In this document: one piece after another, positions 10,745-20,000 of the stretch
How positions within the stretch are numbered: the stretch's first letter is position 1
How the letters are laid out: every line of letters starts with the position of its first letter
From: Paraglomus brasilianum
Taxonomy: Eukaryota
Direction of reading: 5' to 3'
Assembly: GCA_910592345.1 (NCBI GenBank)
Contig: CAJVPI010000031.1
Location: forward strand, 55,420 to 75,419
Length of the DNA stretch: 20,000 bases
Translations under genes and position numbers: made by a program
The notes under the pieces: model-generated
Databases searched by the model: none
Seen by the model: only the letters and a program-made list of their open reading frames with translations
Told to the model about the DNA's origin: nothing

Positions 10745-10930
10745 GATTAATTGTCCGGAGCGTAGCGAAGGACTTTCTATTGTTTTGCTGTATGCGGTCT
10801 GATCCCTGACCCCCCGTGTTTACTCCATCCTTCCAACTTCCAACGTCAATTAATATGTTCGATCTTAAGAAATTTAAAAAAAAAGCTTGGCTGGATACTT
10901 TTCCGAGGGTAGTGCATTCATATTCAGGGA
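10745..10930 (+). mobile_element. Possible terminus of a non-autonomous DNA element (family undetermined)
   Basis: GC-rich hairpin-like gtcc-ggagcgtagcgaa-ggac followed by ctattgttttgctg in an AT-rich background. It resembles subterminal motifs of non-autonomous elements. No second end was found. Confidence 0.3.
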
Positions 10931-11429
10931 GTTTGTATTAGTATATCGCGTGATACTATTAAATAATGATATGTTGTATTGTGCTTCCAGGAATGTCAAT
11001 GCTGTTAAAGGTGACAATATTTTCCAAGCTCTATTGTTTTACTCACAATATATATAGATTTATAAAAACAACTTCGAATAGCATGGCTACTGACACCATA
11101 TTGTCCAACGCTAGAAAAACAATTGTAATGTCGCTGCGTGAGCTTTTAGCGCCGACAAAAAGTAATAGAAGAAAGGAAACGTGCCACATCCACAAATGCT
11201 TTCCTTTTGTATCGACGAAACTTGCAAAAAAAGAAAAGAAAAGAAAAGAAAAAAGCTGGCGGACTAAAAGACTTTGAGGAAGAAAAGATAATGCGCGTAC
11301 AGGCATAGTAATCACGTGATCATCGGTTATCTCATCTCATCATTTCTTAGTCATCACATGGAAAATCGCGTTTTCACCAAATTTTCGCTGGAGTAGTAAT
11401 GCAACCAAAAGTCCCTCGCGAAAGTAGTA

Positions 11430-12280
11430 ATGCAACCTGCAACTCAAACTAAAACAACGCCTTTAGGCACTGCGCGCGAGCCAGCATAGGCACATTCAAC
11501 ACCTCTTGACTCTGCATTACTTGAGGAATGACCCACAACTGGATGGCCACATCCCGCGAAACTGTCTTGTTTCGTTTCTTTAAGGAGCATGTGCGCGAAC
11601 CTGCAGCCTGAGTTCCCTCCCCCACACCGCTGTAGGATTTCCAATTATACGGCTAACTTTAACCTTGACGGAGAGTTCTACGCCTCATCCATACATGATT
11701 TTGAAGTGGTGCATGCAGCACGTAGTTCATTCGGCGTTCTGCATTACTCGAGGAAACGTCGTCGCAGTTACACTAGATTCAGTATAGGGGAACGCTTCAG
11801 GGCTAGCGTCCGATTGTCACTAAAGGTAAGCTCGGTGTGGGTCTGTCCTCTTCGAAATGGTATTATCTAACTCAACTGAGTTTAGGTGAACTGCTGCATG
11901 AGCTGGAAGGTGATCGGCTGGTGGCGGACAGTGAATAGGGAGACCATGGATTACTCGTTAGTTGTTTGGGCGGGGAATAACACAGACAAAACCCATCTAT
12001 TATTCTGAACGTCGCAATGAGGATCTTGAAGATGCCGAGAAGTAGTTGAGTTAGTGGAGGCACTTCCCTCACACCCGCACATAGAATGGCAGCCTGACCT
12101 TTATATGACGAGGAACACGAGCTGCTGTCAGATTACAGCTGCAGCTACCATACTACGCGAGGATAGCAGGAGGCATCAGAACCTTCGCGGTTGCAATAAA
12201 AAGTTCAAGCACATCATGTTATTGTCAGACGATTAGTCGACTTTCAAGAAATTGCAGCAGCAACATGGTACGATGTTTAG
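11430..12280 (+). pseudogene. GC-richer decayed ORF-like segment of unknown origin
   Basis: Visibly higher GC than the flanks, with protein-like stretches broken by stops and a GTAAG donor-like site near 11826. No recognisable domain. Confidence 0.2.
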
Positions 12281-12602
12281 CATTGGTTTCTATTGATGTC
12301 AACCATGTTGGAAACAGGACCTTGGCTAAAATAATTTAGTCTATGGTTTATGTTTGAGCCACAGCTGTGCCACTTGGCATTGTCTGGCTACAGAAGTCAT
12401 TTTGAATTCATTATAACGTTAATAAAATGTTCACTTTGTCTTGTTTTGTTGTAGTCTGCCCCAAATAATAAAGATTTAATATTTTAATATAAGTGTCAAC
12501 CCTTCTTTCTCAGCAGGTATTTTGCAAACTCTATAGTTATAATTTGCAGCTATGTGGTTCTGTTGATTGTTTTTAACAGGCTTGATATAAACAATAACAA
12601 TA

Positions 12603-13230
12603 ATGTCCTTGAAAGAAACTATTATTTATGAAGTTCTAGCTAAGAGAACATGCAATACTTTGCTATGTAAAATCAATTATTATTATCGCAACATAATTAG
12701 TTATACATGGAAGCATGGAAAAATTATCATATGTTTCCCCCATACAATGAAATCATCAGAATTGCGTTCTTCAACCTCCATAAATCTATAGTAAAGTTAT
12801 TGAGTGCGCCGTCAACACCGTCAACGTCGTCTATTATTATTTTATACATATTCGTTGTCATTATCTACACCAATATCGGGAAGAAAATTATCGGAAGAGA
12901 CTTCTGGAAACGATAAAGCCTCTGGAAAAACTGATGCCTCAGTAACCACAGAAACATTTGGACTTTCCATAGAAGAAACGGTCAATACTGGATTCGGTGT
13001 TCGCTTCAATGGTATCTTCTATTCCCGAGGACGCCGTAAATTTCTTTCTTCATATCTCCGCGAAACAGAAGGAGTAATTGAGGAAGATAGGTCGATATAT
13101 CATCCTCCGAAGAAGAAAGTAATTCTAAACCCGAATTATGGGAAACGAACTTTCTATGTGCAGCCTGCTGTATCCTGATTGATGTAATACCATCACTAAC
13201 ATCTATGCGTCTGGGCAGACCGTATAAATG
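12603..13230 (+). pseudogene. Decayed ORF-like segment, unknown product
   Basis: Three overlapping + strand ORFs in different frames (12603-12791, 12707-12916, 12804-13178) with Ser/Thr-rich protein-like text. No domain recognised. Confidence 0.2.
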
Positions 13231-15168
13231 ACTGCTGCCCCGAAAAAAGCTTCTAACTGTTATTTTCTTACATTCGAACATTAAGCGGGTGAGCATGGCG
13301 CGGTAAAGGACTTCCGCGAATAGCGTTCAAACTAACAATATATTATATTAATTTAATATTCTTATAGAAGATGTCGACCAGGAAAGAAAAGGATGTGATA
13401 ACGCGGATAAAAAGTTAATGGGAATATCTGTATTATCGAAAAGGGGCTTTTTAAGGTGGTCAGATGATCACTCACAAGACATAATGTGGAACAATGCCTA
13501 TCAATACTCAATTGGCGTTCCCAGTAACTATTCTCAGTCCTTCTAACCGCGTTGGCTTTGCATACAATGACGCAAATTGTAGTCATTGATTAAGCCAGTC
13601 ACACATCTTTACTCTAAAAGCATATTTCACTCTTCAGAAATCAACACAATATACTAAACATTAATATCGTTAAACAATATGCTAATACTATATTGTTGAA
13701 ATAAAACAAATCTATCGATAACGATGCCTCTACAAAAATGCTTACATTCACAAGCGAATTCTTTTTTGGAGTTTCATTCTTCTAAATTGCATAAATGCCA
13801 ATCCACAATACAGGTACCTTAATTAAGGCACTGAGATTTACAACCAATTAAAAACTCGGCGGCAAGCAAAATTTATTCGCCAGATAAACGTTGTGGAAAG
13901 ATCTGAAACGACTATACGAAATGATCCAACATTTTCATTTATTAAAATGGCGTCTGAAATCCATCAGTTACTTGGCCATTGTTGCCTACCTTCAAAGGTC
14001 AAGGAGATCGTCCATTGAGTTATGCCACAAAACACGGAAGTTTCACACAACTAGAAATGAGCGGTGGATATGGTCTTAAAGACGCGCTCAACATGGGATG
14101 ATGGAACATTGGGGACTGCTTACATGCTTGAGGAGATTGGAGAACGGTTCCGAAGAGAATCCGTAAAGTCTTTTGCAACAGCGCGCGCGTTTTTTGTTCA
14201 TAACTATAGTAAGTACTTGATTTCTCTTCTTTTTTTTTTCAAATGAGAAAATAGTAATTTTTATGGTGGACCGCATCGGAATATCGTGCAACTCGAGCGG
14301 AACAGAAGAGGACAATAATGAAACAACTTGCAAGGATCATGATGTTTACACAATGATATTGCTGAAAAGAACATTCTTTTTGAGACCCAAGAAATCAAAT
14401 TAGCTTATCAAATAGTCCAGCAAGAAGACTTATGTAGAGAAATCATCACCTCGATCCCCAAACTTATATAAAAGGTCTTTTCTTTCCATCGCCACCGAAA
14501 AAGGTCCAGAAAAAAATTTTTTGTATCATTTTCAGTCTTTAATCTCTTCGCACTTTCACTCTTTCTTAATAAACCTTTCCTTTATTATCTGTTTCTAACG
14601 AGAAATTTCATTTGTACGGAACGATAGTGAAGTCATCGTATTGACTGACGCCGCAAACGTAATCTCAATGTCATTGGGATGGTTATAATCCAGGTCAAGC
14701 ATAGTCTATTCAGATAATAATTATCCTTTCTTCACCAATTTATTTCTATTCTGTTTGAGTGCTCGCAATTTTCTCATTGATTTGGTCGTTTATTAATGTC
14801 GTCACTAAGCAATAGGCATTTGATACAAACGGGATATAGGCAATGGTCTGGAAAAACTAGCAATGGCCATTAAGGACATAAACACTTGCCTGTTACTATA
14901 TCTATAAAACCGCAAATTCATTGCATGTGGACGATTGTGGGCAGAAGACACCAACTTCGGGTGGTAACATGTACCTGGGGAGGGGGGGGGGGGTTCCGTC
15001 AGGTATAAGTGATATTTATACCATGCTATTCGGAATTCGGGTGATGCTATTCTGTTATAATATCAAGGACATTTATTATCCCATAACGTAGTCGTGGGAA
15101 TTTATAGTTTAGCCCATCCAATAAATAGTAACAAACTAGTACATCATATGATCTAAGAACTTGTTAAT

Positions 15169-16189
15169 ATGTTCTCCCAACCGATATACCATTTCTTACC
15201 TCTACATCGAATTCACATACGATACTCCTCCTCTTCTACTCGCTGGATTGCTCGTAAGCAGAGTGATCGGTTTACCAAACAAGCAGCCAGGCAGAATTAT
15301 CGTAATTCTATTTTTCAATTGTCTGTGCGATGCTTTGAATGGTTTCGATTCGACCTGATTCGTTAACTCATATCATTATAGGTGCAAGAAGTACATACAA
15401 GCTTATCGAACTCGATTTGAAATACAAAATTATTAAAAAGGGCAATGTAGCTATCGATTGTGGAGCTGCACCGGGAGGGTGGAGTCAGTACATTGCTGAG
15501 AGAGTCTTTGGAGAAATAGACTCTCAAAAAGACTGCAACGAAAAACAGCGTCGTACTGCAAAATCAAAGATTGACGTACAGTTTGATGAGGAAGAAGTCA
15601 CAGAAGAGAAAAACGATTTCTCCAAGCAACAAGATGTTCAAAATGGATTGGTCATTGCTGTAGATCTATGTCCAATAGAACCGATATCAGGCGTTAATGT
15701 TATCCAAGGTGATATTACAGAGCATAAAACAATAGACAAGATTAAAGCTCTTCTTGGTAATAGAAAGGCAAACGCAATATTTAGTGACATGGCTCCGAAT
15801 TTCTCTGGCAAGCATCTTGTTGATCATATGCAATCGATGGTAATTCTTGTTATTGCATTGTCAACTTGCCATTCATGATTTTTCACGCAAATCCCTAACT
15901 TCTACTAAGGATTTATGCGAAGCAGCACTCTCTCTAGCACAAGAAACATTAGGCCCTGGTGGAACTTTTTTGTGTAAGGTACGAAACACATCTCGCGCAC
16001 CTTTACATGAAATACTTTTATTGAACGCTAATTCGTTTAAAGTTTTTAATGGGAGAAAATGATAAGGAACTAAGAACCAAGCTGGAACGCAAATTTCGCA
16101 AAGTTCTTTATAAGAAACCCGAGGCATCCAGGAAAGAGTCTTCAGAGGGATATTTCGTGTGTTTGATGTATTCATCTGACGCCGAGTAG
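15169..16189 (+). CDS. MRM2: Mitochondrial LSU rRNA 2'-O-methyltransferase Mrm2 (FtsJ/RlmE family), 268 aa; exons 15169-15301, 15382-15839, 15910-15978, 16043-16189
   Basis: Motifs SSSSTRWIARKQSDRF, YRARSTYKL, SAM motif DCGAAPGGWSQ, AVDL, SDMAPNFSG, GGTFLCKF and KPEASRKESSEGY give a complete K-D-K-E tetrad. The N-terminus is basic and acid-free, like a presequence. Three introns keep the frame (807 nt). Confidence 0.92.
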
Positions 16190-17178
16190 CTTAAATCAGA
16201 TCTGCAGGATATTTTGCGTCTTTACTTGATGACTTGTTATACAAGGGAACAGCTAACTAGTACTCACTCGCATTAGAGCATTAATTAAAAGATTTGGTTC
16301 ACTATTTGCTATTGGCATCATGAGGAAAGATTTCAAGTTCAAGGTTATAGTAAGCCCTAATTATAATGTAATGCTAATTTTTGTCCTGGTCAGCTTGCTC
16401 TTCAATTAGTCATTATTATATTACCTGCAGGTGTCATACTTGAGTGGTCTTTTTATTAATCGTTTGTATTTGGTCGTTAGGTCTTTGATGGAATCCAATT
16501 TAATGCAGGGTAAGAGGCTTGGTTTTCAAATTAAATTTTTTTTTTTTTTTGAAATTACCGAAATTCATAGAGTTTTTTTTTATTTGGGATATGCACAACA
16601 CATAACGGCACGTTAGTATTTCGGGTAGACTAGGTAGACGCGAGAATTATTCTAGTATGCCTTATAGTTTTTTAATAGACTGATAACCTCCAAAAATAAA
16701 TGGGTAACCATCCTAGACAGTAGCTTGTTATTATTATTCGGATTTTCACATTATACGGTATGATCTGAATTATTTGCTTAATTATGTTGTGGTATTCCTC
16801 TCTCGATTTCTGTACAGTCCCGATGTTTTCTAAATAAGCCAAAGAATAGTACGCAACAAATATTGTACCGCATGCGCAATAATTATTTACATACTAAAAT
16901 AGACGCGTTGCGAGCGCAACACTTAGATATATAAGCAGCTCGACTCCCGCTAGATTTGATTATGTGTCTTTAAAAGAGTAGTTCTTTATACTCTGAAATA
17001 CATTATTTCCCTGGTAATTATTCGATATACAGTGGGTACCAAAACGCTTGTGAATCTTTGTGTGAATCAATAGGAAAACAACAATATTTTATATTGATTT
17101 GAAGCAAATTGGTTTAAGACTATTGTTATAAGAGTGCAGATCAATGAAGTGGGCAGGAGATAAATGCATATACTTATA

Positions 17179-17298
17179 CAGTCGAAGCTCGGTATAATAG
17201 AAAGTTGGGCTCAACCCATGAGCTCCGAGTCCATAATAACGTGTATGATTTGTTATAATAGACTTCCATTATAGTGCAAAATTTATATTTTCGACTTG
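17179..17298. mobile_element. Degenerate MITE-like element (Tc1/mariner-pogo type ends)
   Basis: TA then CAGTCGAAGCTCGGTATAA on the left. Imperfect inverse TTATATTTTCGACTTG on the right, about 120 bp away. Confidence 0.35.
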
Positions 17299-17610
17299 AT
17301 ACAGTTATGCTATAAATTCACTAATGACTTGTAATAAATGTCGTCAGAATATTCCTTGCAAGTGAAAGACTTAGTCACAATCTTTATTGACTCAACAAAA
17401 ATAACAGTTACATCAATCGTTACATGATATCTATGTCATATAGATTACGATATTACAGCAACAAAGACTTAATGGTGTCAAGACATAGTCGACGTTTCTG
17501 TGCATTTGTTAGAAATTCTTTTAATAGACTTATTGTTAGGCATTTTAGTGTTTTACACAATGCTAAATATATCAATTTAACCAACCAATCATATTAATAT
17601 TGCAACCGAA

Positions 17611-17685
17611 TACAGTGTCACCTCCGTAAATGCACCCTCCATAAGTACACCCTCCATAAATGCAGCACCCTCCATATTCTACACG
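17611..17685 (+). mobile_element. Pogo/Tc1-like terminal remnant with 4 subterminal 15-18 bp direct repeats
   Basis: TA|CAGTGTCA followed by cctccgtaaatgcac, cctccataagtacac, cctccataaatgcagcac, cctccatattctacac. Confidence 0.45.
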
Positions 17686-18643
17686 TGCAATATTCTCTAT
17701 ACGTGAAATTTCAAAAAGTCAGCCAATTAAATCGTCGCAATTTCAATCAATAAATACACAATAGTATTAACATTGACAGAATTATAAAGTCAAATAAACG
17801 CACTGGACAATCTCGAGATGCCATCAACAAACGTTGGAAACGAGCAAAATATTCTGAAGCAATGCCAACACAATTTTTGGATAGAGTAAGAGGATGATAG
17901 TGATGGATTTGTAGATAGAATGCAACCAAATATGCTAGAACAACTTGGACTTTCAGGTAAGGCCATTTTGGAAGAATTCAGAGACTTGTAATAAATTCAG
18001 ACGATTCTTGGGTTGGTATTTTGAATGCCGATCGAGGTTCGGTGATTCATATTAATTTCGCCTGGTGCACCATGTGAGCTATAAGGGTTAGGGTAAATTT
18101 GCAGGTCTCAATGCGAAATTAATATAATCATCGATCGGATAAATTTTTAATGCGTCGAGTTTTGGGGGTTAAAACAGCAGCCAATTATGTTGCAGTCCCG
18201 TGATTTATATACACTAATAGTATATTAGGGCAGCGCAGAAAATTTTGCTGTTATTATTAAAATCAACATTAAATAAACTGTAACAAAATTCTTTTGACGT
18301 TTACATGATCCAATAAAATTCCTTTACACTTCAAAGTCGTTGGAAAATGTTGGATGCGACTAAACTAATTTCGATAGGTTGGCTAAATATAAAGTTGGCT
18401 AAGCTAATAAAATTCTGCTAATTACAATTCCAACACTTCCAATTTCACTTCCCGGCCCGGATTTCGATTTAACTACGTAATTTTTGTATCACTGTTTATT
18501 TTATCAAGAAATTTGTTTACTTTTTTTTTAACTTCTCGTACAACACACTTTACTGGGCATTTCTAAGAAAACTTGTTCGACCTCGCTTTTTTCATTTTCC
18601 ACTTTCACACCTCTTTCCTCGGTTTCTTTCAATTGCTTCAAAC

Positions 18644-19908
18644 CCCCTCGAGATAGTTTCAACAGGGTCATTCACTGAGTTGAGAGAGTGGGGTGGTTAT
18701 TATCAAGATAAGACTCACTTCATCACTAAAATAGAAGCTCTTAAACTTCTGCCATACTCTCCCTACGTCCTCGTCGTTTCGGAAAATCACTATTCCTCTC
18801 TACTTTGTCTTCCTATTATGACATAAAAAACAGAGAACGATTCAAACAACTTTTCAGGGATTTATACATCGGCAAAAACCCTACAAAATTAGCACCCTCA
18901 TTCCTCGTTCTGAAACTCAAATTTGCTGGACTTCGTACTAACAAAACATACGTCTTCAATGCGAACTTTCACACAATTTTGAGTGTAAATATATCAAAAT
19001 TCATGAAACAATATCAACAAGAGTTGGGATGCCATTTTCAAGTTATTGATGAAAATACAGATGCTTTGGGGAATTCCGAAAGGTTACTGAATGCAGTAAT
19101 ACTGAGTGGTCACAAGGTACTTTTCACTTGCTCAGTTATCATCTTTATTAAATAAAGAAAGTACAAACCTAATATTTTTTTGCATCTTTAGCTCTATGTT
19201 TGCATCAATGAATATGATGGTGGTATGAATGAAGCCCTCAAAAACGAAACACTCCTCCAATCATCACAAAAATGAAGGTGACTCAGCTCAAAGCAAGATC
19301 AAAAAAATTGAGAGTTTGTTCAAACAATTCTACAGTCGTTTGAAGTATGCTTGTGATGAAGGCATAGCTCGTGTTTTCCAAACTGGTGTGACTCCTGTCA
19401 CTATGGCCGAATTCACCTCAGGATTTAACATTTCAGAAGATTTGGCACTATGAAGAGAATTTGGGACTTGTATGGGTTTAAGAAGTCAGAAACTAAACTT
19501 CTCTTGGACAATGCTCTTGGTTTGCCCATCTGATATTAAAGAGGGGATAATAAAATGGTTAAAGGAGGAAAATGACAGGTATTTTTTTAATCCCTATCAA
19601 ACTGAAGGCATTTTCAACCCTGCAAGGATTCTTTATTGCATTAAGCAAATGATGGTGCAAAAGAAATTTATAGACGATTGTATTCAGGATACTTCAATTA
19701 TCATCAATAATCTTCTTGGCTTTCCTTCCGATCTGCAAACATTGCCCTCTCAAACAACATTGGACACAATCCCCTTGGAAAATCCATCTTACTGAAGCAC
19801 TCAATCGAATTGCATAGAACAATGATTTCGACTCACCAATATTCGTGAGCTAGCAACTGATCATACCCATTGTTGTCATTCAAGTTCTATACTGGTGCCC
19901 TTACATAT
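18644..19908 (+). pseudogene. AAA-ATPase-like (PF09820-type) pseudogene with one intron (19117-19191), several frameshifts and stops, 3'-truncated
   Basis: Family motifs appear in order across changing frames: FTELRE..YYQDKT, LRPRRFGKSLFLSTL (Walker A, 18766-18789), LFRDLYIGKNPT, CINEYD (degenerate Walker B), TGVTP...TSGFNI, LYGF, YFFNP...IFNP, FYTGALTY. Stops at 19451 and 19823. Confidence 0.85.
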
Positions 19909-20000
19909 TGTTACGGCAAGCTGATCAGATAAGTTAGTCACATGATAAAATCTTCCTCCGCAGTTAAACAAACCCATGATCGGCACTAATTTTAGTTTAG
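19909..20000. mobile_element. Possible start of an LTR retrotransposon LTR
   Basis: ATPase similarity stops abruptly and the sequence continues TGTTACGG..., a typical LTR terminus. The remainder lies outside the window. Confidence 0.4.

Noticed and set aside
14977..14993. G-run GGGGAGGGGGGGGGGGG upstream of MRM2
   Set aside because: Simple homopolymer; it could form a G4 but nothing else supports a function.
18082..18095. TAAGGGTTAGGGTA telomere-like motif
   Set aside because: Only about two units, compatible with chance.

Overview
Eukaryotic, AT-rich, intron-containing DNA. The gene content (CblC, intron-bearing PF09820-type AAA-ATPase relic) points to an early-diverging fungus, probably Mucoromycota/Glomeromycotina; this is an inference. 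Manual splicing gives five apparently intact genes: the 3' part of an Ssk2/Wis4-type MAPKKK (+, <1-1749), a secreted GPI-type cupredoxin (-, 3326-2677), a cobalamin-processing CblC/MMACHC homologue (-, 5497-4141), a Cue1-like ERAD factor (-, 8752-7679) and a mitochondrial rRNA methyltransferase Mrm2/FtsJ (+, 15169-16189). There is also a candidate small secreted Cys-containing peptide (+, 10083-10400) and a frameshifted AAA-ATPase-like pseudogene (18644-19908) that ends at a probable LTR start. The rest is simple repeats, transposon-end remnants and decayed ORF-like sequence. I cannot support a novel multi-gene system. The best leads are the fungal CblC with a perfect intronic G4 motif, a triplicated palindromic unit upstream of the cupredoxin, the secreted peptide and the AAA-ATPase relic. 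Family assignments come from recalled motifs; no searches were run.
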